From Candidatus Nomurabacteria bacterium (GTDB lineage: Bacteria > Patescibacteriota > Minisyncoccia > Phycocordibacterales > UBA918): a stretch of DNA of 64,000 nucleotides. Below the pieces are notes generated by a model that was given only the letters and a program-made list of their open reading frames with translations, was not told where the DNA came from and did not search any database. A program made the position numbers and the translations under genes. Shown piece by piece: positions 1-9,407 of this stretch. How positions within the stretch are numbered: the first letter of the stretch is position 1; each line of letters opens with the position of its first letter. Location of the stretch: contig CP060227.1 of NCBI GenBank assembly GCA_023898525.1, positions 645,836 to 709,835 on the forward strand. The letters run 5' to 3'.

Positions 1-393
1 AGTCTGTAGTCCATAGTTAAAGGCGGTTCCTGCGCCCAGTCCGAGGATGACGGTGTCTATTTTGTTGGTCCTGCCTACTTTAGCGTTTGTTTGTATTTTA
101 TATTCATCGCTGGCTGGAATATATGAGACTGTAGTGGTTGCTATGCCGGCCACTTCAGTGATAACGCTGTTAGTTAATGTTTCGCCGTCCATTAACCTAA
201 AAGTAGCATCTTCCAAAGAAGATTCGGATGAGAGGTAAGTTTGTTTGGCTGAAGATAAGGAGCTGACTGCCAGCATATCACTTGTGATTGATCGACTAAG
301 CAAGAAGGTTAAAGCGCTAGAAGCCATTACAAAAAACATTATAAAAAGTAACATAGCTGCCCCGGTTTGTGATTGTTTATTATGTACTTGCAT
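1..393 (-). CDS. hypothetical secreted/pilus-associated protein (partial, runs off window start)
   Basis: Minus-strand ORF with ATG at 391-393 (MQVHNKQSQTGAAMLLFIMFFVMASSALTFLL..., hydrophobic N-terminus) that continues past position 1; heads the pilin/pilC/pilB cluster. Not in the supplied ORF track because it is open at the window edge. Confidence 0.3.
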   Translation of the reverse strand, partial: MQVHNKQSQTGAAMLLFIMFFVMASSALTFLLSRSITSDMLAVSSLSSAKQTYLSSESSLEDATFRLMDGETLTNSVITEVAGIATTTVSYIPASDEYKIQTNAKVGRTNKIDTVILGLGAGTAFNYGLQT

Positions 394-901
394 ATGAACC
401 TCTGATTATAGCGCCACCGCTCACTGACCATGTCTCGGTTTGGTTACCGATATTGGCTTCTAAATCCAGGCGAACTCGGATCAGTTCCTTGTTGTTTAAG
501 GTATAGTGATAAAAAGTTGACCCGACTACGTCTACATTGGCTGTAGTTAGAGTACTTTCTAAAACTCCATTTTTGTAGAGCTCTAATTGAGTGCCGTTTT
601 TCATAATTTTAGTACTGTTTGCATCCTGGGTTAAAATTATTACACCAGCGGTAGATGAGGCGAGTACACTTCCGGCTAAGGTAAGGGTGTCAGCCTGCCT
701 GGCTTCAATTAGTATTCTTTCTATAGCAGCTGTACCAGAAGCTAGTAATTCTTGTTTTAATTTATATTGCAGTAACAAATCGTTAAGAGAAAAAAGTAGA
801 CCAATAGCACCACCGCTAATCAAGACAAAAATAAATATATAAACTAAACTTTCTATTAAGGTAAAGCCGGCTTTGTTATTTTGTTTTAGATGTAATTTCA
901 T
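380..901 (-). CDS. prepilin-type N-terminal cleavage/methylation domain protein (pilin/pseudopilin)
   Basis: N-terminus MKLHLKQNNKAGFTLIESLVYIFIFVLIS: class III signal (G|FTLIE) followed by a hydrophobic helix, the hallmark of type IV pilins. Confidence 0.75.
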   Translation of the reverse strand: MKLHLKQNNKAGFTLIESLVYIFIFVLISGGAIGLLFSLNDLLLQYKLKQELLASGTAAIERILIEARQADTLTLAGSVLASSTAGVIILTQDANSTKIMKNGTQLELYKNGVLESTLTTANVDVVGSTFYHYTLNNKELIRVRLDLEANIGNQTETWSVSGGAIIRGSYAST

Positions 902-913
902 AGGCGGTGTTTA

Positions 914-1396
914 TTATGGAGTAGGCAGATTAGCTAGTAATGCCTTGTAAGTGGTGGTAGATTTTCCATCAGACACATAAATAAAAACCTTTCTCATATC
1001 TACGTCAGCCGTTGCTCCCGGGGTGGAAGAGGCCACAATATCGTTTGAACCGTCACGGTAAGCATATTGTAGTGAGAAACTGCGAGTGTAGTCATTGTTG
1101 ATTATTTCTGGAGTTCCAGAGATTGCTAAGGTAGTGGTTGATATATCAAGAAAATATGTAGTATCTAGAGACAGGCTGCTAATATTGGTCCAAGTTTCAT
1201 CCCGTAGAAGTCGTATTATTTCGTAGCCTTCTTCTGCCAAGTATATTTTTTTTGTTTCACTCAAGATAGTGTTTCTTGTGCTGGAAAATTGTGTGACAGA
1301 TAATCCAACAAAGATTCCAATTATAGTAATAATTGACACACCCAATATGACTTCAATTAATGAAAAGCCATTGTTATATTTTGTGGTCCAGTTCAT
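914..1396 (-). CDS. prepilin-type N-terminal cleavage/methylation domain protein (pilin/pseudopilin)
   Basis: N-terminus MNWTTKYNNGFSLIEVILGVSIITIIGIF matches the GFxxxE prepilin motif plus hydrophobic helix. Confidence 0.75.
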   Translation of the reverse strand: MNWTTKYNNGFSLIEVILGVSIITIIGIFVGLSVTQFSSTRNTILSETKKIYLAEEGYEIIRLLRDETWTNISSLSLDTTYFLDISTTTLAISGTPEIINNDYTRSFSLQYAYRDGSNDIVASSTPGATADVDMRKVFIYVSDGKSTTTYKALLANLPTP

Positions 1397-1401
1397 TTCT
1401 T

Positions 1402-1842
1402 TTATTCTACCAGACCAGCTTCCTGAATAGTGATGGTGGTGGTGGAATTTAGAGCAGTGTCTCCCACTGCTATCGTGCCGGTGGCACTAGGAACACCGGT
1501 TAAGCGGGCAAACATAATATCGCTAGAACTATCTGATAACTGTGTCAGGAGATTGGTTCTCAAAAAAGTGAAAGTTAGATTGTTTGGGTCTGACGGGTTA
1601 TATGAAGCACCTTCAAATACAGTAATGCTACTAGTTGCAACATGGACACCGAATTGTGTATCGGTTTCTGCCGAGAGAGTTTTTTGTCTAGCCTCTTTAA
1701 TTAGAGAAGAAATTTCTAAAGCATTGGAGCGGGCTATTTGCAAATCTCGGTATTCTTTTAAAGACGAAAAACTCCAGAGAGCCAATAGAGTCATTAAAAG
1801 AAGTGTTACCAGCAGTTCAATTAATGTAAAGCCATTTTGCAT
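1402..1842 (-). CDS. prepilin-type N-terminal cleavage/methylation domain protein (pilin)
   Basis: N-terminus MQNGFTLIELLVTLLLMTLLALWS, a canonical type IV pilin leader and helix. Confidence 0.8.
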   Translation of the reverse strand: MQNGFTLIELLVTLLLMTLLALWSFSSLKEYRDLQIARSNALEISSLIKEARQKTLSAETDTQFGVHVATSSITVFEGASYNPSDPNNLTFTFLRTNLLTQLSDSSSDIMFARLTGVPSATGTIAVGDTALNSTTTITIQEAGLVE

Positions 1843-1852
1843 AAGTTAAGGT

Positions 1853-3085
1853 TTATCCGCCAAGACCATCTGAGATTGAATAGATAGGAGATATAACTGC
1901 TAAGGCAAAGAAGCCAACACTGGCACCGATTACAACCATTAAAAGCGGTTCAATAATAGTCGACATGTCTTTAGTTTTTCTTTCCACCTCACCTTCATAA
2001 AAAACAGCTAACTCGCCCATCATGCCGGATATTTTTCCAGTTTCTTCACCCACCAAAATCATTTCTCCTACTAAAATAGGGTATAGCTCGGAATGTTCAA
2101 TAAATGTGTCGGATAAAGCAGAGCCCTTTTCAACCGAATCGCGAGCCTGTTTGATGACTTTTTTGTAGTATACATTTTGAATAACATCAGTTGTTATTTC
2201 AAGTGATTGCACCACATCTACACCAGAATCAAGAAGAGAAGCTAAGGTCCGAGCGGTTTGGGCAGAGTTGGCCTCCTTAGCCATGGTACCGATAAGTGGT
2301 AGTCTGACTACGGTCCAAGAGAAAATCTTTCGACCGATTTTGGTTCTAAGAAAATAAATTACTCCCGCTACTAAACCTATTAAGCCTCCGATTGTAAGAA
2401 GAATATTGTTGTTAATAAAATTACTTAAAGCAATAAAAAACTTTGTTGAGGCCGGTAGTTCCATATCGCCATTCTCAAAAACAGAGAGCAGAGTTGGCAT
2501 TACATAAATCATCATCAAGATTCCTATGACCACCATGATGGAAATAACAATAGCCGGGTAGATCATGGCACTTTTTATTCGTTTTTTCAGACTGGAAGAT
2601 CGCTCCATCTGTATGGCAAGAGTTTGTAGTGCCTCAGCCAGTCGCCCGCTTTCCTCTCCGGCCCGCACCATGGCCACGTACATGTCGTTGAAGGTCTCTG
2701 GAAACTCTTTAAGAGCAGCATTAAACTGGTCACCATTGTTTATTTTTTCTACCAGTACCGCGATTGTTCCTTTTAAGCGCGGATTGTCTGTTTGTCTCTG
2801 GATAACTGACAATGATCTGGTTAGGGTTAATCCAGCAGTAATCATTGAACCGAGGTTTCGTGTGACCATGACCAACTCGTCAGCGGAAACTCGGCTAAGT
2901 AAGTAATTTATCTTTTCAATATTTAGCAATCTAACCAATTTTAAGGAAGATTCTTCTTCGATGCTTGCGACTTTGTGGCCGGCTTGTCTAGCTATATCAT
3001 AAACAGCGTATCGGTCGTCAGCGGTAACGGTTTCGGTTACGTTTTTGCCCTCCTCATCTTCACCGGTGTACTTAAAGGTCGGCAT
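1853..3085 (-). CDS. pilC: type IV pilus assembly platform protein PilC / GspF family
   Basis: 410 aa with polytopic membrane segments and two GspF-like repeats; directly downstream of the PilB ATPase in the same operon. Confidence 0.85.
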   Translation of the reverse strand: MPTFKYTGEDEEGKNVTETVTADDRYAVYDIARQAGHKVASIEEESSLKLVRLLNIEKINYLLSRVSADELVMVTRNLGSMITAGLTLTRSLSVIQRQTDNPRLKGTIAVLVEKINNGDQFNAALKEFPETFNDMYVAMVRAGEESGRLAEALQTLAIQMERSSSLKKRIKSAMIYPAIVISIMVVIGILMMIYVMPTLLSVFENGDMELPASTKFFIALSNFINNNILLTIGGLIGLVAGVIYFLRTKIGRKIFSWTVVRLPLIGTMAKEANSAQTARTLASLLDSGVDVVQSLEITTDVIQNVYYKKVIKQARDSVEKGSALSDTFIEHSELYPILVGEMILVGEETGKISGMMGELAVFYEGEVERKTKDMSTIIEPLLMVVIGASVGFFALAVISPIYSISDGLGG

Positions 3086-3088
3086 ATT

Positions 3089-4909
3089 TTATTCATTGAT
3101 TACTCGTAGAACTTCCTCAATACTAGTGAGTCCACGAGCTGCTTTGTAGATACCGTCTTCTATCATAGTTAACATCCCTTCTTTCCGAGCTTGTTTTTCT
3201 ATATCGTCACTGGTTTTTCCGGAAATAACCATTTCTTTTATGGTTGGAGAGACTTCAAGTACTTCATGTATACCCATGCGTCCCTTGTATCCATCTTCTG
3301 TTTCGCCTTTTTCTTTAGGTCGGAAAAATTCTACATCATTCCAAGTGGCATCATCTTTGATTATCTTTTCTTCTTTTAGAGTGTTAAGAACTATGTCCAT
3401 GTCTACTCGATCGGCTAGTTCTGAGCGTTCTGATTTTGATAAAGTGTATGGAATTTTATCATCAGCTAATTTGCGGACTAAGCGTTGTCCAATCGCAACC
3501 CGTAGAGTTGAAACTAATAAGAAAGATTCAACCCCCATATCAATCAAACGAGCCACTGTTCCGGAAGCTGAATTGGTGTGGACGGTCGCTAGCACCAAAT
3601 GTCCAGTCAAAGCGGCGTTTATGGCTAGGCTAGCAGTTTCCTCGTCACGAATCTCCCCTACCATAATAATGTCTGGGTCCTGACGCATTAGTGACCTGAG
3701 TCCAGCGGCAAAAGTAAAACCAATATCCGGCTTAACCTGGCTTTGGTTGATTCTAGGCATTTGGTATTCAATCGGATCTTCAATGGTTGAGATATTAACT
3801 TCTGGAGTGTTAAGTAAATCAAGTACGGTATACAAGGTGGTAGATTTACCGGAACCAGTTGGACCGGTTACCAATATAATACCGGTGGTAGCTCGGGTTG
3901 CTTTATGGATTCGATCCAAGGTAGAGCCGTGAAATCCAATTCCTTCAAGTGAAAAACCGCTACGGTTTTCTCTAAGTAGACGCATTACTATTTTTTCTCC
4001 GTAGAAAACCGGTAGCATAGAGACACGAAAAGCCACCTTTTGCCCGTCCATTTCCATCTTAAAGCGACCGTCTTGTGGTAAGCGCTTTTGGTCCAACTTC
4101 AGGTTAGACAAAACCTTTATTCTGGCCGCAATGGTGCCGGCGGCATGTTTTGGTAGCTTCATCGCGTCGCTTAATATACCGTCGATCCGATAACGTACAA
4201 TCACCTCTTCCTCATTTGGTTCAATATGTATATCAGACGCACCTTGAATAATGGCATGTCTTAGTAAGGTGTCAACAATTCTCACTACCGGTAAATCTTC
4301 AGCGATTTTCTTGAGGTCTTTTTCACTCAACTCTTCCCCGTTCTCTTCCGCGATTACTTTTAGCGCTGAAGCATCTTTCATAATAATGTCACCAAATTCA
4401 TCTTTTAGATTTTTCTGGTACTGACGCAGAGCAGTCCGCATTGATTCGGTGTCAGTGAGGCGTGGGAGGATTTTAAAGCCCACTTTCTTTTTAACAAAGT
4501 CAATCGCTGGTAGATCGTTGGTATCAAGCATGGCCACCTCAAGCTCCTTGTCGGTTTTTTTGTAAGCGATGATGTTGTGATTTCGGGCGACTGGCTCTGG
4601 TATCAGAGAAAGAATTTCAAAATCAATTTTAACGTTTTTAAGTGAGATAAAAGGAATACCAAGGACATACGACTCAATGCGTCGCATATCGTCTTCGGTC
4701 ATATAGCCTTGTGAAATAAAGGCTTCAGCCAAAGTCCGACGCTCATCCTTGGCGACTTTTTCAGCAGACGCAATATCAGCCTTCTTGATGAGACCGGCAT
4801 CAAGTACAAAACGTTTCAGTTGTTCATCTTGTATACGCACAACAATTCCCAAAGAGCTTTTAGGCCTCTTATGGTTCCATTGTATCATCAAAAAATTTTG
4901 TCTTAACAA
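3089..4909 (-). CDS. pilB: type IV pilus assembly ATPase PilB / GspE family
   Basis: 606 aa; Walker A LVTGPTGSGKSTTLY, Asp/His boxes, and C-terminal Cys-containing region of GspE/PilB secretion ATPases. Confidence 0.9.
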   Translation of the reverse strand: MLRQNFLMIQWNHKRPKSSLGIVVRIQDEQLKRFVLDAGLIKKADIASAEKVAKDERRTLAEAFISQGYMTEDDMRRIESYVLGIPFISLKNVKIDFEILSLIPEPVARNHNIIAYKKTDKELEVAMLDTNDLPAIDFVKKKVGFKILPRLTDTESMRTALRQYQKNLKDEFGDIIMKDASALKVIAEENGEELSEKDLKKIAEDLPVVRIVDTLLRHAIIQGASDIHIEPNEEEVIVRYRIDGILSDAMKLPKHAAGTIAARIKVLSNLKLDQKRLPQDGRFKMEMDGQKVAFRVSMLPVFYGEKIVMRLLRENRSGFSLEGIGFHGSTLDRIHKATRATTGIILVTGPTGSGKSTTLYTVLDLLNTPEVNISTIEDPIEYQMPRINQSQVKPDIGFTFAAGLRSLMRQDPDIIMVGEIRDEETASLAINAALTGHLVLATVHTNSASGTVARLIDMGVESFLLVSTLRVAIGQRLVRKLADDKIPYTLSKSERSELADRVDMDIVLNTLKEEKIIKDDATWNDVEFFRPKEKGETEDGYKGRMGIHEVLEVSPTIKEMVISGKTSDDIEKQARKEGMLTMIEDGIYKAARGLTSIEEVLRVINE

Positions 4910-4960
4910 AATTTACACAGGATAAGAAAACAGCTTACTTTTACTTAAGTAAGCTGTTTT

Positions 4961-5320
4961 TCATAAGACGAAAACCAATAACAAGTAAGAGGTCAAAAGT
5001 GGAATAACCACACTCCATGGCGTCAGTACTATTGTAAGAGCTATTACTGCAAGTACAGTAACAAAAATAAGAGCTAGGCACCCGGCAACTATAACTAAAT
5101 GTTTATCGCTTACATGATGAAACCACAATCTCCCTCCTGTACCATAAAAAACATATACAGCTTTTCCTAAACTTTCTCGTAGATGTTTATAGAAAAAGAT
5201 TTTAAAGTTGTGAAATTTTTCGCAAACCTTAAAGTTAAATTTCCAAATCAGATCATAAATAAAGAGACTTACTCCCCATCTTTTAAGGTCGACAAACATA
5301 TCTTCAATAATTTTTCTCAC
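4961..5320 (-). CDS. hypothetical small membrane protein
   Basis: 119-aa ORF with a strongly hydrophobic C-terminal half; no recognisable domain. Confidence 0.35.
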   Translation of the reverse strand: MRKIIEDMFVDLKRWGVSLFIYDLIWKFNFKVCEKFHNFKIFFYKHLRESLGKAVYVFYGTGGRLWFHHVSDKHLVIVAGCLALIFVTVLAVIALTIVLTPWSVVIPLLTSYLLLVFVL

Positions 5321-5455
5321 TTATTTTCTCCTTAAAATAAAAGGACATGAGTCAAAAGCAAAACGATTCGTATTAAAGCATTTAAATAAATAAAAGCAAC
5401 AAATTTTCCTAAATTTATACTAATCTGTAAAAACCAATGTTAAAATAACTACTAT

Positions 5456-5755
5456 ATGAAAGAATCTATACCAAACAATCAAGAAAATCTTACCCAAAAT
5501 CAGACCTTTAGGTACATTTGTGGTTTGGTAGAAAAAACCCCAACAGAAATGTTGCGAATTTTAGAGGAAAAAGATACTGATAACCAAATATTAAATTTAA
5601 TTACAAATTTAATGTCAGAATATGAAAAGAATGATCCTAATAGTCAACCTGTTAAGAATAAAGGGGGTATGGCTATTGCAGAGGCAATAAAAATGCGGAA
5701 AGAGACAGAAAACCAGTTTGTTGCGGTACTTGAATCTATACTACAGAAAGAGTAA
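5456..5755 (+). CDS. hypothetical protein
   Basis: 99-aa ORF in an otherwise ORF-free stretch; no recognisable motif. Confidence 0.4.
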   Translation: MKESIPNNQENLTQNQTFRYICGLVEKTPTEMLRILEEKDTDNQILNLITNLMSEYEKNDPNSQPVKNKGGMAIAEAIKMRKETENQFVAVLESILQKE

Positions 5756-5794
5756 TCATACATTTTAGCTACGTAGCTTTACATTCCCTCAATC

Positions 5795-5845
5795 TGGTAT
5801 ATAATACAACCACTGATTGAATGCTCGGCGTCCGCCGGGCATTCT
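5795..5845 (+). promoter_or_regulatory. putative extended -10 promoter plus GC-rich leader hairpin upstream of nusA
   Basis: TGgTATATAAT around 5795-5805, then hairpin gaatgctcggcg..cgccgggcattc (5818-5845) about 80 nt before the nusA start. Confidence 0.25.
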
Positions 5846-5926
5846 TCGTGAGGGTGAAATTATGTTGATAATAAAGGATGTTTTATCCATTGAAATTAGT
5901 TTTTAAAAGATAATCAAAGAAATACC

Positions 5927-7318
5927 ATGTTTGACTTAAAAGTTATAAACTCGGTCTTGGCTGAACTTGAGGAAGAAAGAGGAATTCCTAAAGAAAGAAT
6001 GATTGATGCGATCGAGCAGTCGCTCGCCACTGCCTACAAAAAGGAGTTTGGGAAGCGTGGGCAGATTATTACCGCTGACTTTGATCTGAATACTGGTGAT
6101 GTTACTTTCAATCAGGTTAAGATCGTGGTTGATGAAAGTATGTTGAAGCCAGAGGCTAGTGAAGATGAAGAGGAGGTTGAGGCTGAGGTGGAAGAAACTG
6201 AAAGTGAAGAAGATACTAGAGTTCGGTTTGATGAAGAGAAGCACATAATGATCAATACTGCACGTATGATCAAGAAAGATGTTGAGTTGGGCGAAGAGTT
6301 GGTCTTCCCTCTTGAATCCAAAGATGAGTTTGGTCGAATTGCGGCTCAGACGGCTAAGCAAGTGATTGTGCAAAAAATGCGGGAAGCAGAAAAAGAAGCT
6401 GCTTTTGCTGAGTTTGGACAGAAAGCTGGCGATATCGTGGTTGGTCAGGTGCAGCGTTTTGAGCGCGGTAATCTATACGTGGATCTTGGTCGAGTGACTG
6501 CTCTCATGCCTTACGAAGAGCAAATTCCTAAAGAAAGATTTAAGCCGGGAGAGCGGATTCGCGCTATTTTGCTGGCTGTCGAGGAAACTCCGCGGGGTAT
6601 TTTCTTGAAACTCTCACGTTCTCACCCTGATTTCCTTACTGGGCTATTTACCATTGAAGCCCCTGAGCTTCAGACTGGCGCTGTCGAGGTAAAGGCGGTT
6701 GCACGTGAAGCTGGTTCACGTTCTAAGATTGCTGTCTACGCTCAAGATCAACACATTGATCCGGTTGGTTCAATGGTTGGTCAGCGGGGTGTACGAGTAT
6801 CAACTGTGATGAGTGAGTTGGGCGGTGAGAAGATCGATATCATCGAATGGTCACCAGAACCAGCTGAGTTTATTGAGGATTCATTATCACCAGCTGAGGT
6901 TATGGAGATTCAGATTGTGTCTGAACCTGATGAAGAAGCTGGTGAACGAGGACATGCGATTGCTATCGTTTCTCCTGATCAGCAGTCTTTGGCGATTGGT
7001 CGCGGTGGACAGAATGTTCGATTGGCGGCCAAGCTGACCGGTTGGAAGATTGATATTGTGTCAGCGCAAGGTGGCGAGGAACTGGCTACAGCAGACGAGA
7101 CCGGGCACGTTGAGATTGAAGCTCCGGCTGACACTCCGGTTGGTGAGGACATTGATGTTTTGGAAAACGAAGATGCTACCACCACGAAAGAAGAGTTATC
7201 AAGCGATGATGAGCCAACTAAAGATCGTGACGTAAATCCTGATGATGAAGAGTTCGATGAGATTGACACACCGGAGGAGGCCGAAGCTGAATTAGCAGAT
7301 ACAGAAGATAAAAAATAA
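5927..7318 (+). CDS. nusA: transcription termination/antitermination factor NusA
   Basis: N-terminal domain MFDLKVINSVLAELEEERGIPKERMIDAIEQSLATAYKK, S1 and tandem KH regions (GQRGVRVSTV..., IGRGGQNVRLAAKLTGWKIDI); acidic insert and acidic C-terminal tail. Confidence 0.9.
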   Translation: MFDLKVINSVLAELEEERGIPKERMIDAIEQSLATAYKKEFGKRGQIITADFDLNTGDVTFNQVKIVVDESMLKPEASEDEEEVEAEVEETESEEDTRVRFDEEKHIMINTARMIKKDVELGEELVFPLESKDEFGRIAAQTAKQVIVQKMREAEKEAAFAEFGQKAGDIVVGQVQRFERGNLYVDLGRVTALMPYEEQIPKERFKPGERIRAILLAVEETPRGIFLKLSRSHPDFLTGLFTIEAPELQTGAVEVKAVAREAGSRSKIAVYAQDQHIDPVGSMVGQRGVRVSTVMSELGGEKIDIIEWSPEPAEFIEDSLSPAEVMEIQIVSEPDEEAGERGHAIAIVSPDQQSLAIGRGGQNVRLAAKLTGWKIDIVSAQGGEELATADETGHVEIEAPADTPVGEDIDVLENEDATTTKEELSSDDEPTKDRDVNPDDEEFDEIDTPEEAEAELADTEDKK

Positions 7319-7323
7319 TTTTT

Positions 7324-7851
7324 ATGAATCTACTACATGATATAGACCCGGGAAATAAGGAAGCAATGAATGTTATTGTCGAAATTCCTAAATTTTCTAA
7401 GAACAAATACGAAATCGACAAAGAAACCGGTATGATCGCTCTTGATCGGGTGATGCACACAGCTCAGGACTACCCTTTTGATTATGGTTTTGTACCACAG
7501 ACTTTGTTCGATGACGGTGATGCACTGGATGTAGTTTTGCTTACTACTTACCCACTGGCTCTGGGGATCTTGGTAAAGGCGCGTCCGGTCGGAATTATGG
7601 AAATGGTTGACGGGGGTGAACGTGACGATAAGGTGTTGGCGGTACCAGTAGACGACCCACGGTTTGATGAAGTACGAGATTTAAAAGACGTAAACAAGCA
7701 CTTTGTCAAAGAAATGACTCACTTTTTTGAAACCTACAAGAAGGTGCAAAATAAGGAAGTGTCAGTCGGAGAGTGGCGTGGTAAAGAAGAAGCTATGCAA
7801 GCCTTTGAAAAGAGTCGCGAAATGTATGAGGCTGATAAAACCAAGGCGTAA
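7324..7851 (+). CDS. ppa: inorganic pyrophosphatase
   Basis: Family I PPase motifs: EIPKFSKNKYEIDKETG, DGDALDVVLL, and overall 175-aa length. Confidence 0.9.
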   Translation: MNLLHDIDPGNKEAMNVIVEIPKFSKNKYEIDKETGMIALDRVMHTAQDYPFDYGFVPQTLFDDGDALDVVLLTTYPLALGILVKARPVGIMEMVDGGERDDKVLAVPVDDPRFDEVRDLKDVNKHFVKEMTHFFETYKKVQNKEVSVGEWRGKEEAMQAFEKSREMYEADKTKA

Positions 7852-7921
7852 ATTATTGCGTAACTTAGCTTTTGTGTATACCCCTGTTTGCCTACGGCAA
7901 ACAGGGGTATACTAATATTTA

Positions 7922-8617
7922 ATGACTACCAAAAGTGCCTTTCTTTCTTCAATTATCGTATGTATAACCAGTATTCTACTAGTAGTGTTTTTTACCAGCT
8001 CGGTTGCAATAGCGCAGACTGGTGAAGAAGAAATGTCTTCAGCCACTACTACGGAAACTTCTTTAGAAGACGAAACTGCAAGTGTATCTACAACCACTTT
8101 AGCTACGACGACGAGTGTAAATTCTGGTACCAGTTCGTCGGTTGAGTCGGCGGCTGCTTTAAATCCATCAACTGTTACTCCCTCAGAATTTACTCTTAGC
8201 AAAAGCAAGCAACAACGTGTAACCAATCTTGCAGCCAATATAAGTAACCGGATGGAGGCCGCTATGGCAAGACATGAAAATATTATTAAGCGGTTAAATT
8301 CTCGCCTGTCAAAAATGGAACAGTCTGGGTTAAATACAGATGCTGCTAAGGTGCAGTTAGAGACCGCAGTCAATACATTGGCTGAAGCAAAATCAAGTAT
8401 TCAAGATATCGATAAGCTGGTTTACAACACTGTCACCTCGGTTACACCAAAGGTGGAGTGGTTGTTGCTTCGTGATACATATGTAAATACAGCTGAGTTA
8501 ATAAGAGAAACCCAAGCGGAGCTTTCGGATACGGTGACGATGTTAAAAACAGCTACTCTGATACCGGATGAAGTCGATGACAACAGCTTGTCTTCGTCGA
8601 CAGAGTTCATTGAGTAA
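7922..8617 (+). CDS. hypothetical secreted protein with Ser/Thr-rich low-complexity region
   Basis: N-terminal hydrophobic signal-anchor (FLSSIIVCITSILLVVFFTSSVA), S/T-rich stretch, coiled-coil-like C-terminus. Confidence 0.5.
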   Translation: MTTKSAFLSSIIVCITSILLVVFFTSSVAIAQTGEEEMSSATTTETSLEDETASVSTTTLATTTSVNSGTSSSVESAAALNPSTVTPSEFTLSKSKQQRVTNLAANISNRMEAAMARHENIIKRLNSRLSKMEQSGLNTDAAKVQLETAVNTLAEAKSSIQDIDKLVYNTVTSVTPKVEWLLLRDTYVNTAELIRETQAELSDTVTMLKTATLIPDEVDDNSLSSSTEFIE

Positions 8618-8626
8618 TAATATTTT

Positions 8627-8956
8627 ATGAAAGAAAAACCAGACTTACCTATCGCTAACATTACTATACCCAAGTATTTTTTTCTGACTGTCTTGATATT
8701 GGTGATGCTGGGTCTTGTTGTGGCTTGGTACTTATCGACCAAGCCGACGGGGGTAGCTGATATAGAGATAGTGCCAGCTCGTCCAACTGCAGAGGTAAAC
8801 AAGGAGCCGGAGAGTGCAACCGCCTACGCTCAAGTACAGAGCTTTGGTGTGATGAGTACATCGGACGAGCTTTCGGCCATTGAAGCTGATCTTGAGAGTA
8901 CCAATCTAGATGCTTTGGTTTCGGAGTTGAATGCGATTGAGGCGGAGCTGGAGTAA
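8627..8956 (+). CDS. hypothetical membrane-anchored protein
   Basis: Single TM (YFFLTVLILVMLGLVVAWYL) then acidic helical tail; co-directional with the upstream gene. The overlapping minus ORF 8664-9035 has aberrant composition and is rejected. Confidence 0.45.
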   Translation: MKEKPDLPIANITIPKYFFLTVLILVMLGLVVAWYLSTKPTGVADIEIVPARPTAEVNKEPESATAYAQVQSFGVMSTSDELSAIEADLESTNLDALVSELNAIEAELE

Positions 8957-9012
8957 AATAAACCACCGCTTTGCGATAGCGGTGGAATTTCATTACAAAA
9001 TCTATGGCCGTG

Positions 9013-9282
9013 TTAAATGTCGTTAAAGTGAACATTTAAACCATAGTATTCATTTATTATTTTTTTGAAGAATGCAGTCAGTGCTTCAAAGGCCCGACTG
9101 TCTCTTTTTTGATACGCGTTATTTACCAAGACGTAAAGTAGCGCGATCTTTTTATTACTGTCCAAAATAGCGCACAACGTTTCTGGCAAACCAGCCTTAG
9201 CTTCTTCTATATCAGACTCTGATATAGAGTTAAGTGTACGCACTAAGTCTCCGCTAAAAACTAAAGGATCATAAGTCTGCAT
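9013..9282 (-). CDS. hypothetical protein
   Basis: 89-aa ORF, no motif. Confidence 0.35.
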   Translation of the reverse strand: MQTYDPLVFSGDLVRTLNSISESDIEEAKAGLPETLCAILDSNKKIALLYVLVNNAYQKRDSRAFEALTAFFKKIINEYYGLNVHFNDI

Positions 9283-9407
9283 TTTCGTTCTCCCAAAAAT
9301 TCAGTTAGACAGACTGATAGTCTAACACTAAAATATAGATTGTCAATAGCAAAAAACCTTTGTTTTAATTTGCATTTATTTCAGATATCCGTACACTACC
9401 CCATACT

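Noticed and set aside
47-238. 63-aa plus-strand ORF at the window start
   Set aside because: It is antisense to the better-supported partial minus-strand gene (1-393) that continues the pilus cluster.
591-842. Plus-strand ORF antisense to the pilin gene. Similar antisense ORFs were noted at 1430-1849, 2565-2906, 3240-3683, 5936-6373, 6979-7269, 7912-8373, 8664-9035, 9549-9830, 12539-12781, 16175-16456, 25204-25425 and 57137-57328.
   Set aside because: Each lies wholly inside a well-supported gene on the opposite strand and has skewed, low-complexity composition typical of shadow ORFs.
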